Part shown: positions 39,396 to 53,434 of the stretch, piece by piece
How the letters are laid out: every line of letters begins with the position of its first letter
How positions within the stretch are numbered: position 1 is the stretch's first letter
Notes under the pieces: model-generated
Seen by the model: only the letters and a program-made list of their open reading frames with translations
Told to the model about the DNA's origin: nothing
The model's database searches: none
Translations under genes and position numbers: made by a program
Source of the DNA: Kudoa neothunni
Taxonomy: Eukaryota; Animalia; Cnidaria
Direction of reading: 5' to 3'
Assembly (NCBI GenBank): GCA_964304625.1
Contig: OZ199838.1
Coordinates: 8,791,904-8,855,903 of the forward strand
DNA length: 64,000 bases

Positions 39396-42300
39396 TAACG
39401 GTGCCCGCAATGTCCGATTTTGTCATATTTGTCCGATTTTATTGTCACGCTTAATTTTAAAATGTCTGGCGCATCATAAAACATTGTAATAAAACCAGGC
39501 ATTTGTCGTGCATTTCAAGAAAAATGGAAAACTAATAGATCTTGGCTTCAATACGAGAAATCTTCAAATAAATGTTGTTGTAGTTGGTGTAATACCTTAA
39601 AATATCAGCAGTTGAAAATCATGAAAGTTATAAATATTAATAATAACAACAATAATTATAATATTTCTATTTTAGAGTCTAAGGGACATGTCGATATTAA
39701 ATCTAGAATTAACTTACCAAAAATATTTGAAAACAACCGTTGATACCAGAATATCAGAAATACGATTTTCGGAATCAATTTTCATGCATATTCCTATTGT
39801 AACAATGGACCATTTAAGAATTATTATGAAGAAACTTATGTGTATAAATACAGATTGTTCAAATCTTGGAACGGAATTTAATGTTCAACGTACCAAATGT
39901 TTTGCTCGCATCAATAATGTATCTGAACTAATATGTACTTATTATATTTTTATTCAAGGTTTTATCAAAATCAATTAAGATGAAACTGAAATATGACTTA
40001 GAGCGAAGGTCTCCGATGTGATCGATGAGAACTTGTAGGGGGTCAATAATTACGCTAGGGATCGAATGGGGTCGATACGTGTTAGAGATTCCACTGAATT
40101 TTATGAGCTTTTAAGGTAATGCTTTCCATCTGCCTATTTTATACTACTTTATTTAATTATATTAATTGATACTACCATATGACATTTGTTTTTTATTTTT
40201 TAAGTTAAAATCAAACGCTACCTTTCCTATTTTTGTAATTCCATGTTTTTCATTTATGTAGAGATACTTTGTAGCTCATAAAATCTAGTGAATAGATTGG
40301 CTTTATTTTTCTTATATATTAATGATCAAAAGTACTCATTGTTATTAACAATTTATAAAACAATTATGATAGTTTATAATCGAATAAGAAGGATAAGTCT
40401 AATATTAAAAATTTATTTGAATCGTAATTACAAAAGCTACGAAAATAAATATAATCTGAAAGTGTTGTTTGAACTCCCGCGAACACATCAAAAACTCTTC
40501 AAGCGTCCTCTATCTAAGAAAAATAATCTTTGGGTCAAGATTAAGATATTCTTATTAACTTTTAGGGGCAGCCATGAATAAATATTAACTTTTCTATATA
40601 TGTGTAATTTAATCTTAAATTCTGCCGCTGTATTTATATATGTGCAGAAGTATGTAACTATAATCATATACAAGCGACCTAACTTGGTAAGTCAATTGAA
40701 TAGGATTTATGATGAAAGATAGATTGATTGTGGTAAATTTTCTAATATACTTTGATGTTATATCGTTAATAAAAGCTTTTTTTGGAGTTAACACAACTTT
40801 TCATTATATTATGTATTGGAAATAGAATATTAATGGGATATATTGCACATACTTTTAATTCTTCTAGTCAAAAAAATGAATATACTCTAATATTTTTAAT
40901 AAAATCTCTGGAAGGAATCGACGACTAAACAAATTACCTACACAGTGGGTCGACGAAACAAAAAGTTTGGAGACCCCTGACTTCGAGGATAAATCATTTT
41001 CAATTTTAGTTGATGAATGGTCAGACATAAATATAAAACCTCACTTGGGCATAGTCTTTTTATTCTATTCTATTGTGAAGAAATCAGTTGTAACTCGATT
41101 GCTTGAAATTAAGAAATCGAAAGAACAGACGCCGAAACTATTTTTAACAGCCTTGATAGTTCGATTACTTCATTTGGACAAAACTACAAGAATTTAATAG
41201 GATATGGATCCGATGGAGCAGCTGTTATGACAGGGATAAATATTAGTGTTTGGAATCTAATACTTAATAAAAATCCAAATGTAACTCGATTTACTTGTCT
41301 ATGTCATTCGTTCAACATAGTTTCTGAAGAAGCGTTTTCTGAACTTCCACCAAACATGAGTGGTATTTTGGAAAATATTCCAAGGTGGTTCAAGAAGAGC
41401 TATAAGAGGGAGACAGAATATTCGAAACTTTTTGAAAACTTTGTTGATTCCTCCATTTCAGATGACCTTGATGACCTAAATACTTCCTTTAAAATGTACA
41501 CTCAAACAAGATGGACTTGTAGAAGTGAAATAACTGAGCGCCTAATCAATAATTGGGACATTCTTGTTCAATATTTTACAAGTACCTTACCCAAAATTAA
41601 AGGTAATAAATAATATGGAGCTCAAGTTAACCTTGAATTCCTAAAAAATATTGAGTATAAGAAGCTGTTCATTTTTTTGGCTCCCATTATAAACTACTGG
41701 AGGGAAAAATAAGCTATTTCAAATGGAATTTATTGATCCATAGATTGCAATTGAACAAGTTAATTTATTGGTGAAATCTTTTAATTCTAGATTGTAAAAT
41801 CATTTGAAACTGCCAAAGCGCTTAAATGAAATCGATTATGGCTTTAGATTCATGGAATTAATTCCAGAATCGGATATTAAAATCCTAGCTAAGAGGTGTC
41901 TTGAGAAAATATTGAGTGGATTGAGCGCTGGGACTTTTAATTCATACGAGCAAATAAAAAAAGTTACTTTTTTAAACTAGCATACGTATTAAATCAAAAC
42001 ATTAAATCTCAATTTCATATGTTGCTGGATAATTCATTTAAGAACGAATTCACCGAGCAAGAGTACAGGCTAATAAACGAAGTAAATTGGAATCAATTTT
42101 TGGGGCGCGATGACGTCACAAAGTTAAATCCACTCGAATTTTGGAGTAAGTTTTTTGAACATAGTGACTTTAATTCAATTGAAAAATATTGCATTTCACT
42201 TATTTTCCTTCTCCTAAGCAACGCTTCCACAGAGAGAATATTTTCATCTGCAGGAGCTTTCAAGATTATCAGGAGGAATAAAATATTGTATTCGACATTG

Positions 42301-42468
42301 GATAGCCTGGTTCGAATAAGAGAATTTTTCAATACATCAACTCACTGTTGCCATAATTTGGACATTATTGAAACAATGTTAACTTTACATAACATTAATA
42401 TGTATAATTAGATTTTTTTTGTTTTTTGATAAATTGTTCCATTTGTCCGATTAGGGTTGGCGGCGCTG
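39396..42468 (+). mobile_element. hAT element with decayed transposase
   Basis: 8-bp TSD AGTAGGTA (39388-39395; 42475-42482 after a 6-nt junction duplication). TGTCCGAT subterminal motifs at both ends. Zinc-finger remnant (WLQY..CCSWC), FSILVDE, SDGAAVM, CLCH, TRW and SNASTERIFS. Confidence 0.88.
40004..40979. mobile_element. hAT MITE nested in the hAT transposase
   Basis: Termini CGAAGGTCTCC / GGAGACCCCTG. TSD ACTTAGAG / ACTTCGAG. Removal restores LKYDLEDKSFSILVDE. Confidence 0.82.
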
Positions 42469-43470
42469 AGTCTGAGTAGGTAACCGATTTTTCGCACTTT
42501 ATATGCACGCGGCACGGGGGGAATTTAGTTTGGCCCTACAAATTTATACAATGATATTATCCTACCCTCGTTTTATTTAAATTATATTATTAATAAGTTT
42601 CATCCAGTTTATAGTATAATTACGAACCCTTATGAACCAATCTAAATTATAGGATGTGTGACATGTATTCTAAGTAAAAAAGAATTCTCGTCAATAGGTT
42701 TTAACTAATTATTATTAATGACTACATCTATTAAAACTAAAATTCTTATAATCCCCATAATTCTCTAGACGTAGAACACCTCCAGCAAATACAGGAAATA
42801 ACATGATAAAGTAGTCAAAAAATGTTTGTAAATGGGATTTGTATCCGTGCGGAAGTTCGAATTATCGTAAAGCAATATGTACGTTTATCAAAGATAACAA
42901 AATTTGATTATTGAAAAACAGCTTTAAGGAGAAGTAGGCGGAAAATATACATACATTATACAAATTTGCAATCCAACTAAAGGAAAATTATTTTTATTCA
43001 TGCTCACCAGAGCAAAAATAGGATGAAAGGTGGAAAAATGCACGAAAAATCAGCTAATCCTCGCTTCGTCAAAAAAACAGAGATAAGAATGTTTTACTGA
43101 TTTAAAATTTCGCAAATATTATTTCAAGAGGGAGTTTGAATGATTCCTTGAAAATAAGAAACTTTCTAAATCGTTTACCGTAAGATTTCCGAAAGTGCGG
43201 AAAATTGGTTAACTACTGTATATCTTTTACGGTTATGGGGCTCCCAACTAACCAAGCTAATTGAATACGAACTCCTAAGTATATTAACCATATATATTTA
43301 TATTTGTGATACTATTGTTTCTGAATTATTTTTTTTAAATCTGTTTTTATTATAACAAGGAATATATGGAAGATTAACTTATAAATGTGAAATTTTAAAC
43401 AGTAAAAACCTTCTAACGGACCTCCTGAAATTAAAGAGCGAAATCCAGGTCTAGAAATATTACGTTAGAG

Positions 43471-44106
43471 CAATGTTTCCCATCGTGGGGTTCGCGTCCC
43501 ACCAGTGTGGCATGGATCGTGGTGAGATAATTGGCAGTATGACGTACTTTGAAGTCAACATCGCTTATTTTTAAGTGACGATTAATATCATAGGAAGTAC
43601 AAAAAGCAATGACTAATTATATATAAATTAATAATAATATTTAGCGCGCCCTTCACCCAAATAGAATAAGAATGGTTGGAATCTAAATCTTGTCTCATTT
43701 AGAATCTTATATCCCCTTTTTTATTAAACCTTATATAATATTAATTAATTTTGCATTTATATTATTTATTTTCCGTCCATTGGTCCCATATACACGAAAA
43801 TCCCTTTTAATGGAGGTTGAATTAATATGAGTTTCATTTGACGTTGTTTTTGGCGGAATGAAGAACTATAGATGTTAATTTTTTAGGTCCATCGATAAAT
43901 TAAGTTATATCTGTTTGAATACATTCTAAATTTAACAAGAAAAGAAGTATATATTGATTGCTCTTTAAATTTAATGTTGTAGTAGGCTTCATTAAAAGTT
44001 ATGAATAGTTTAATTTAAAAAAAATCAATACTTTTGAAAGATATGGGGTGCGGAACTTTTTTCTAAGAAAAAGTTAGGCGCGATATAAAATAGTTGGGAA
44101 ACACTA
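43471..44106. mobile_element. hAT MITE, unsplit copy of the 25107-30006 family
   Basis: Termini CAATGTTTCCCA / TGGGAAACACTA. Interior similar to 25350-25535 and 29740-30005. No TSD recognised. Confidence 0.75.
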
Positions 44107-44753
44107 TCATATGGGCTATCACCTCAAAGGTGATTTTGGAATAATCAAGACAATGATTTATCAACAGAATGTTAATTTACTATTTTTTTACAACATTTAC
44201 ACAAACGACTATTTACTTTAGTGACTAAAATAATACAGAAATCTATTCAATATAAACTCTACAATTTTGTATCCCAAAAACTCTTTGCACCTAAATTATA
44301 TTGTCTGGGTGATAAATTGTATAACTGTATAATCTTTTGATTAGAAACAGGGTTTAAAATTATACATTCAGATGTTCCATTTTTTAAATTAAATTATATG
44401 CGAAGGAATATTATGAAATTACCAGTGCATTGAAAACAACACACGAAACTCAACTCCGTTCATGAGGAGCAAATTAACTATTGGTTTAAAATATTACAAG
44501 TTTAACATTGAAATTAGTTTTAGGAGTACAATAACTTGATAACAACATAATGATCAGCTATAATTGCGAAGATAACGAAACAACAGCAACCAAAAAAATT
44601 GTAAGACAGCTATACTAGTGTAAAAAAATAATAATGTGTTTTTAGTAAAGTATAACCGTATCCATACTACCACCAATAACAACAAAGGGGTATAAAGATG
44701 GAATTTGAGAGTAGTGTGTGAATAGACAGTGCTGAAACCTAGCAACAATCAGA

Positions 44754-46299
44754 TTACGATTGTTTTCCAGTTAGTTTGTCAAGACATTTCACTCCTTTTT
44801 CTTTATACTCATCACGGCTGATCCAAAAATCTTTTCTATCCTTCATAATGTCAGCAAGCACAGCTCCTCCAAGAAACACCATATGCTTACGACGAGGGGG
44901 ATCCTCAATTCTAATCTTGAATTTGCTAAGTCGAGATACGTCATTGTTCAGCACCTTTTTGAGATAAAGTTGCTTCACTTCTCTTTCGATTCTACTAGGT
45001 AGACCAGGATACATCGTGTTACCACCAGAGAGTACCACATGTTTATAGAATTCAGAACGAGTATCCATATCGGCAGATTGAATACAATTGAAAAGCATTT
45101 CGGAAACTCCAGCAGATTCTTGATCCACCAGATGAGGTTGGAACAAACATTCCGAACAGCCGAATCTTTCTCCACTCAATTTGACAGTTCTACCATCGGG
45201 CAGCTAGAGGGATCATACAACTTATCAATCCAAACCAAAAACAAACGATCATAATATACCGTATAGGTTTCTACCAAGACCGTGGTCTCATTGGCCAATT
45301 TCTGTTCGAGGTCGATGTCGTAACCAACATAACAGAGTTTTTCTTTCATCATACGCACGGTTTCAAAATCGGCAGAATGATTGAAAGCATATCCTCTCAA
45401 CAATAATAACTAAAAGTGTAATGTGGATGAGAAAAAAGAAGATTGACTCTACGCATCACAACTTACCTTTATAAGATAGCGAGTGACATGACGACCAGCG
45501 ATATCAAGACGTTTGGTGAGATGTGGCAAAGAAAAACCCTCATACACGGGTACAATATGAGTGACACCATCACCAGAGTCAACTACCACACCAGTCAACA
45601 ATCCTTGAGCGTATAATGTTAACACAGCTTGAATTTGGACATTGATTCCCGCAAAATCAAATGTTTCGAACATAACCTATTTAGAGATGCAATTTGTTAA
45701 TTATAAATTTATAGTCATAAAACGTAGCATACTTCAGCCATTTTTTCTCGATTCTTCAAAGGATTCATTGGAGCCTCGGTAAGCAGTACCTAACCGACAT
45801 TACAAATTGGAGGATAATACAACGTGGTGAAAGATAATGGCTAAACAGTTGTATACAAAACAAAAGTTTACCTTGGCATTTTTTGTATCGATGTTCAATT
45901 TTTCAGGTCCAAAAGTGTACTCAAATATCAACTTCATATCATCCCAGTTTCTGACTATTCCATTTTCTATGGGATATTCAATATTCAAAAGATATCTCAG
46001 TTTGCTGGCATCTTCACCAAGCATAACATCCTAAAAGCATGCGAATGATGTAAACAATCGTTAGAGTTAAGAAACAAGTGTTCTGTTACCTTGACTTCAA
46101 TATCTCCTACTTTAGTCCCGGATCGAATAGTAGGTCTTCCAACAAATGAAGGAAAGATATAAGCTGGAAAGTTCGATCCTGCGAACCCACATTTCACAAA
46201 CTACCCAATTAGCATTAAAAAATGTGTGATCAAACACTCTGGTCATCTTACACCAGTGCCGTTATCAGACACAACCACTTTATTTCCCTCACTGTCCAT
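44754..46299 (-). CDS. ACTR2: Actin-related protein 2 (Arp2/3 complex), 7 exons, 394 aa
   Basis: Exons 46299-46252, 46200-46090, 46030-45872, 45789-45733, 45676-45467, 45409-45260, 45203-44754 (1185 nt; GT-AG introns of 51-82 nt). Arp2-specific [42 protein letters not shown] and [21 protein letters not shown]. Confidence 0.97.
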
Positions 46300-47341
46300 A
46301 AGACGTACAAAGCTCAAAAAATCTTATTCGGGAGCCCGATCTCAGCAGATCTGCTTGATTACAACTAAGACCATCCGTTCATCATCGTGAAGGTAACACC
46401 CTTTTAGTATCCAGCCCGAAAGTATCGGTTATCATTATTTCTTCCAATAATTTCGGGATTGAATTTAATTTTGATGTCTATTATTGGAGTTGTATGCAAC
46501 ATTATTTATATTAACAGCAACTTGGCGGAAGAAAACAAAACGCAAAAGGACAATGAAACAAACCAGTACAAGAAAATACATATTTAGTCATAAAATAAAA
46601 AATTTTAATTTTTAAGAGAAACTTGTGCAATATAATCATCACTTTCTGTGTAGTTGGTCCAACGAAGAAAAGGTGTTTTCGTCAATCGATGGTAGATCGG
46701 TAAAATTCGGCTAAAAATTATTTAAATATATTAGAAAGATTTTTGTCTTGAAAATAAAAAAAATATGGTTAAAATAATTAATAGAAATTATTAGATGAGA
46801 TATACAAACTTACAAACATGAAAAATAACATATTAGTTCATTTGTTAATCCCTTCAAAATCAGACGGTATTTTAGTTGTTCCACTGCGATACCTAGCACT
46901 TAACAACTTTAGATAATTTAAATGCGTAATGCGCGAGTAATTACTGATAAGTTTTATAGTGTAGAATTTGAGTTAAATCGAAAGAATTCTAATCCTAAGG
47001 ATTAACGGCTAAGAGCGAATATGAGATGTTCTTCCCCAATAACTGAACTTAATAATCATATGGCCAAAAATCTATTGGATAATTAAAATAAAATTTTTGT
47101 TAAGCTCATATAAGAATTTTTACAATAGCATATGATTCATGTTTACGATAGAAAAAGAAATATTTGGAAAATATAAACAAGAACAACAGTTTTATAAAAA
47201 TGACGAGATTAACAAAGGATTTAAAACAAAAATAACATAGTAAATGCATAAAGCATTGTATTTAATTATTTTTAAAAAAGATAGTTAACGTATTCGATGA
47301 TCAGTATTTTCATTTTTATCAAAAACCCATCCATTAAAGTT

Positions 47342-48086
47342 CAATATGTAATCGATTTTGCACAATCCCTCCCTCCCGGGCCAGGGGAAAATGTGTAAAA
47401 TCGACCCAGAACCGATTTTACATACTTTGTGCATGTGCATAATAATTATATATATCTCCCTTTTTGGAATTTAGAAGAAAAATTGATGTTTTTCCATATT
47501 GAAATAGTATAAACGAATATAAATTCTACAACGAACAAAAAATCAAGCGATACTTAGTTTCAATTTTTGAAAAAAATCAATAATTTTGGTCTTTGTCATA
47601 TTTTGACCCGCTATGACATATACAAAGCAATTTCCAATACTAACAATGATCAGAAACGATCTAAACTTTTTTAAATTAGAGAGGAAATTTAGTTTTTTTT
47701 CGAGGAGGCCATTTATAACTGCTATATTTGATATGTTGAAATGTCTCACAGTAACTATCATATCATAACGTTTATTTATGAAAGATTTTCGAAGTATCTT
47801 ATTATTTTGTATTTTCCTTCCAATTTTGCTGTGTATTTATCTTCGCTTATCGCTAAATTTCTAATTTTTCTGCGAATAATGCTACATTGATAAACAGAGT
47901 GCCTGGAAAAAATGTGCAAAATCGATACGTCATTTAATTTTGGAAACGCATTTTATATCATTCCCAGTCTTTTATTTGAACCAAAATTACCGTTATGTTT
48001 AATATATTTTTTATATAAACATTGGAAATATTTAGAGTTATAATTAAATAAATTCACAAAAAGTGTGCAAAATCGATTACCGACTG
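47342..48086. mobile_element. Tc1-like MITE (IR-DR)
   Basis: Inverted GTAATCGATTTTGCACA / TGTGCAAAATCGATTAC with a right end ACTG. Internal copies of the motif at ~47393 and ~47913. TA TSD not preserved. Confidence 0.65.
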
Positions 48087-48175
48087 ATTATGTTGTTCCA
48101 TAGATAAATAAGAATTTAAAGATACAGACAGTGACAAACAAGATCACCGCTCATAAATAAACGGGCTTAGATATA

Positions 48176-48590
48176 CAGTGCAACCTCGGAGTTCGACCAA
48201 AAATTTTGGGTCAGAAATACTTTTGAATTCGAGCATATATAGAGGGGATATTTAGAACAAATACACTTGGGGCAAAAATAGAAAAAAAATTTTCGAAGCA
48301 GAGTCGCTCAATCAAATTGTGCGAACATCATCGAAAGAGAACTCTTTTAAAATCTATCGTATGACAACCAACAAACATTCATTCTATATTTCGTTTTCAT
48401 TATTATATTTAATATTTATTTTATAAACAAAAGGTATGCATGTTTTTTCATAAATAAGAATAAAAATAGTTATTTATTTGATGCACAATAACGGATTAAA
48501 TTCATTTTCATTATTTTTCTTGGGAAATGATTATTCGGAATTCGAACACATTAATAGATCGGGTTACGGTCGAAGTCCGAGGTTTCATTG
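48176..48590. mobile_element. pogo/Tigger-type MITE, 415 bp
   Basis: TA TSDs. TIR CAGTGCAACCTCGGAGTTCGACC / GGTCGAAGTCCGAGGTTTCATTG. Confidence 0.85.
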
Positions 48591-50949
48591 TATATTAAAA
48601 TTAATGTGGAATCTTTTGAAGGAAAACACAAATAAATGGTTGAAAAAATACGCGATTTAAATATTAATTTTAGTTTTAAATTTAAATAAGGATTATTCAA
48701 CTTCGGTATATAATAGAAAGTGATTACTAATGGAACTTTTAGTTTGAAATCAAGATCAAAAACCTTTATATTACTAGACCATGCACTGGCGATATTCTGG
48801 CGAAATATTATTTTCTTATTAAATACAAAAAACCACATGTAATAAGAAAATTAAATTTTATTAAATATTTTACTTAGGAGTCTATTTAATGAAGGTACAA
48901 TAATTAAGCGGGCAGTTTTTCGCATTTTATGTCCAGAATACAATCACGTGTTGACGAATATTTTGTAATATAAAGTAACATTCTGAAGGAAAAATCCAGG
49001 GTTTATATAATTAATACGCATAATGAGTCTTTAGAACGCGTAGAAATAGAGTTAAAAGCAGCCCGTCCCGATTCATATTAGTTTCCGGGCCCTACCACCT
49101 ACGAGAACAACTCCGCACCCTTCCCAAAAAAGAGATTTAAAATGGTTTAATTTTTAGGCAGGATAAATATTTTTATTAAAATAACATTAAAAAGAAAAAA
49201 ACCGCCTATTTTAACAAGAAAACAAATGTGAAACAATAAATAAAAATGATAATCAATTAATTGTTTTGAATTTTTTTTCTTATCTTTTTTGGACAATAAT
49301 CGGGCCAAAATGAGACTCTTTATCAGATAAAGTTATGAATAAATCATAATTTGTAAACGTACAAGATATGTTAAAATTTTTGTGCAAAATATCAGATGCG
49401 AATAGTTGAGCTTATGCGAAATTTTGGGTTTTGTAGTTTATTTGTTTAATTATAAATTTAAAAATATAATGAGACAATTAAATACGTGGCCCCATCTCGA
49501 ATGCATATTTTTAATTTATAGAATTTTTTAGTGCAAATTGACTTTAATTTAAAGCATAAAGATTTAAAATAATTTAAGAAAAAATCTAAATAACGTAACC
49601 TTGACACCAATTAAAGCTCAACTATTACTTGCCATAGAGTTTAATTAAGAATAATAAATAATACAATTTTTAATATTTCCTCCATTCCAAAACCTTTTAT
49701 ATGTCGTTTATCTTTCCCATTATAAGGTAAAAATTTCATAATTTTTTGCGTTGTTCCATTTAAAATTTAGACTAAATAATTTATTTACGGATGAAAATGG
49801 AATAATCTATCATTTCTATATTATATACTAATACAAAATAAGTAGGAGATTGAAAACAAATTAATTTTCAATAAAATTCATCAAATGAATATTTATTTAA
49901 CAGACTTATTTCAGCTTTGATTACGCACGAATCGCACATTATATATTGTCGAGAGAGATTCTGATTGATTATTCGGAATCGATATATTATGTGCAAAGTA
50001 TGCTTAGTCGTACAATTTATTCGTTGACTCTAGACGTGAGTCTCGGACCCCAGTAACTGTCTCCCGGACCCCCAATCGGGAAGCCCTGGTTAAACGGCTA
50101 GTACCGTTAAATTCTCTTAATGTCGACCATTAAAAAAAAGGATAGAATGATTCAAAAAATATGGAATGATTAACCCATTTGAGAATGGCATAGCGCTATT
50201 AATAAAAGAGCTAAAATCTAGGTTATAACCGCTGTTAAGAAAAAGTTATTACTAAATATATTATTTCTACAAGATAAAAAACTGCGAAAACATCTGCCGG
50301 GTCATCGATAAATGGAACGAGTTGAGCGGTAAGATAAAATACAGTAGGTAACCGATAATACGCCAATTTTATTAATTCGACGTCTTCATAGTTTATATTA
50401 AATTAAAGTTTTGTAATATTTTTATGATTATAACGGAGTAAAAGTTAACAAATATTTTTGAATTAAATTAGGAAATCACCAACGTAATGTATAATGTGAC
50501 TAACAGATAGTATGCAATTTTTCCAGTTTAATTGCGCGGATTTAATTTTTTTTATTGTAGACGGCGGCAAAATTTCAACATTATTTTTTACCTAATACAA
50601 TACAAGATATCTTTAATATTTTAGCCTTAATTTCTGATTTCATAAATCACCGAAGATATGGGGCTTAGTGATTATCTGCCATAAATTCATAAAATTAATG
50701 ATGTAAAATATGTGTGAGAAAAATTATATGTAAAGAATTGTCCTAAATTCTCTAACATATTACTCTACATTATTTATTTACATTTCAAACTATACAAATA
50801 ATTTCCAAATATAATTATATATAATCGTGATAAACAATGTGAAATATACGATATACAAAAGAAAAGGGGTGAAATACCGAATATTGTTGTGATTGGTCTT
50901 TAAAATCGACTCAAATAACTTTTTCTTAATAATCATAATTTATAAATGG

Positions 50950-51640
50950 ATTCAGAACATAAATCCTACTTTTTCTTGTTTTTCATCGTCACCAATTACT
51001 CTCCATATAATCTCAGCCTCGGATAAAGTGGTATTAAGACTAATATTAACAATAGAAAACTCGCTGTGGGTAAGACGTTTATCCAACGAAAACATAACCA
51101 CATTTAGAGCATTTTCAAGCTCACTTTTATAATGATTAATCTGCTCAACTTTGCTGAACTGATCTCAAAACCTTGATAATTTACACTACGAGATTCTCTG
51201 ATGTTATGGTATTGTGCAGAAACCTCATCTGGTAGAAATATCCGAAATTTTGGGTATTCGTTTCTTTTGAAAAATAGAACGATAGTATAATTATGTATAA
51301 TACTTTAACAGGGTGGAGTTTTCTTGTAGCAAGTTACTCTATTTAAAAGATAAGAAAGTTAATTTGGTCGCACTCAAATACCTGTAATTTGAGTTGGAAT
51401 TTGTTGACTGAAAATTTGTTAAATTTGCACAATTGAGAAGTTGTTACGATTGATTTTCTAGAAACAAGAAAATAATCACCCAGAAGCATAACTTATTCCT
51501 TCTGCGCGCGACCTTGGCTTTACAATTAGGCAGCGGCTATATGTCAAGTAATGAATTTCTCGAAAAGTATGTTATGTACCATGGATGGCCAGACTTTCCC
51601 AGGTCGGGTGCCAATTTTAAGGTTGCCAACATTTTTAAGA
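50950..51640 (-). other. Possible exons of an unidentified host gene or pseudogene
   Basis: Alternating higher-GC open stretches and AT-rich spacers with AG/GT-like borders (e.g. INHYKSELENALN...GDDEKQEK). No consistent model and no family motif. Confidence 0.3.
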
Positions 51641-51966
51641 TCTACAAGGTATTAAAAAAATGCATCCCCTCCTTATTTAAAACTTACATATTGGGGGAAA
51701 TTTTTTGTAAATATTAAGAAAAAATGGTGTAGAATTATAAATAAAGGTTTTTTAATTTATTCTTATTCAGTTAATCTCTGGAAAACTTACGTATAATTTA
51801 TGATGGTTTTTCCAAATAAGTAAATTAGTAGTTAATGATCCAAGAAAGTTTTTCTCTATGAAAAGTTTCCAATAATAATAAAATATTTTTCATCTTTAAT
51901 CATGTATGTTAGTCTGAAAATAAAATAAAATATTTACGAATAAAATAATAACACAATAATTTAATG

Positions 51967-53434
51967 CATTGCTTCCCTACAATGGGTGCGAAGAGCCATC
52001 ATTGGGGATGTGGGAGTCATTCTAGAATATATTTAAAAATTAATCTTAATTCATTCACTTCATAATTTTCGTTAGTCCCCGTTTAAATCAATCAAGGATG
52101 TAATGCATGTAATAACATTTTTGGTTGTTTTTATATCAGTTAGTTTCTATTCAAAAAATGTGATGTGACAATTTATTTAATTTATATTAATTAATTTTAC
52201 GAAATAGCACAGTATGGTAATAGTTTATATTAAAACTGTTCAGCGTACGAAATCTATCATTATTTTCATGTAAAATCGTAACCTTGTTATCTTTCAAAAT
52301 AACTTATTTATATGATTAAACTATAATTAGGTAGTCATCATTTTTATATACTTAGAAATAATCTATATCTATCAAAATAAAACCACGATGTAGTTTTAAC
52401 TTGGTCTTCTGCCTAAATTTGAGATCAATCATTTAATTGCATAGTTTTTATTATGCCACGTTTCGAGTTTTACTTTCAAATTTGTACCTTACCTCTGATA
52501 TAAATCAAAGTTAAATTGTTCTTTAAAGTATAGGTAAAACAATGGTCAAAGCATTTATTTGTGTACAAATAAATGAATGTCAATTTTTACAATATATATT
52601 AGTTATTTTAGTCAAGTATATTTAGAAAGCATATTTTTTGAATCTATTGAATTTTTATTAACCCACTGCCTCAAAATTTAAGTTAACATATGACTCAATA
52701 TAGAATAAGGAAGTCGCTATATTTATTCAGTACAAGATAGCATATGAAACAAGCTTGTCGATTTCATTATAAACAAATAATAAGTATTGGAATTCATTAA
52801 ACATCGGAAACGATTTTCATGTTTCATAGTCCAACAAAATGTCCTGCTTTGAATTACATATGAAAACCCGGCGAGAGCAAAAGAGCCGCAAGATCAAGTA
52901 AATACTAAATGACAATTGATTTTGAAATAATGGATCTTGTGAACTAGACGAATTGGCTATTTTTATTTAGCTTATTTAGTTTTCTCCTTTAAGTGCAGAA
53001 CTTATTAAGCGACAATACTTTTGATAGTTTAGTATTACCCTTCAATAATTTTTGCATCTAATATTTTGGAATAATTATAATAACATAATTTATTAGAATT
53101 ATTTATTACTTTACATAAAAATGGTATATATAAGCAGGAATGAATAATAGCTCCAATCATTGAATGTTAAGTCATGAGCAGTGAAAAAATAATGTTCGTC
53201 CTTTTTCAATTATGCATAGGAAATTTAGTTAACTGAAACATTTTAGTTTTAAAGCTAAAATATAAACACAAATAATACAGATTATAATTTTAAGACAATC
53301 TTCATTGGTATTATTATTTTTGTATTTAAATAAAAAGTATAATTGAGTCTTGACATTCACATGGAGGAGGGAGTGCAAAGTGAATGCTGAAATTGGGATG
53401 GGGGTTCGGGTGTAAAATTTGTAGGGAAACGCTG
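51967..53434. mobile_element. Non-autonomous hAT element, 1468 bp
   Basis: TIR CATTGCTTCCCTACA / TGTAGGGAAACGCTG. Perfect 8-bp TSD ATTTAATG (51959-51966, 53435-53442). Confidence 0.85.

Noticed and set aside
40941-40966. CACAGTG + ACAAAAAGT resembling a V(D)J RSS or Transib end
   Set aside because: The spacer is 10 nt rather than 12 or 23, there is no partner end or RAG/Transib ORF, and it lies in the 3' subterminus of the hAT MITE 40004-40979.
44776-46034. Plus-strand short ORFs overlapping Arp2, and similar antisense ORFs over transposases
   Set aside because: These are antisense shadows of real or former coding sequence.
22392-46299. ACAP and Arp2 as a functional actin/trafficking cluster
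   Set aside because: They are 14 kb apart with only TEs between, and there is no evidence of co-regulation. Likely chance adjacency.
48997-50087. Candidate hAT MITE (CAGGG...GCCCTG)
   Set aside because: The right end is plausible, but the left TIR and TSD could not be matched.
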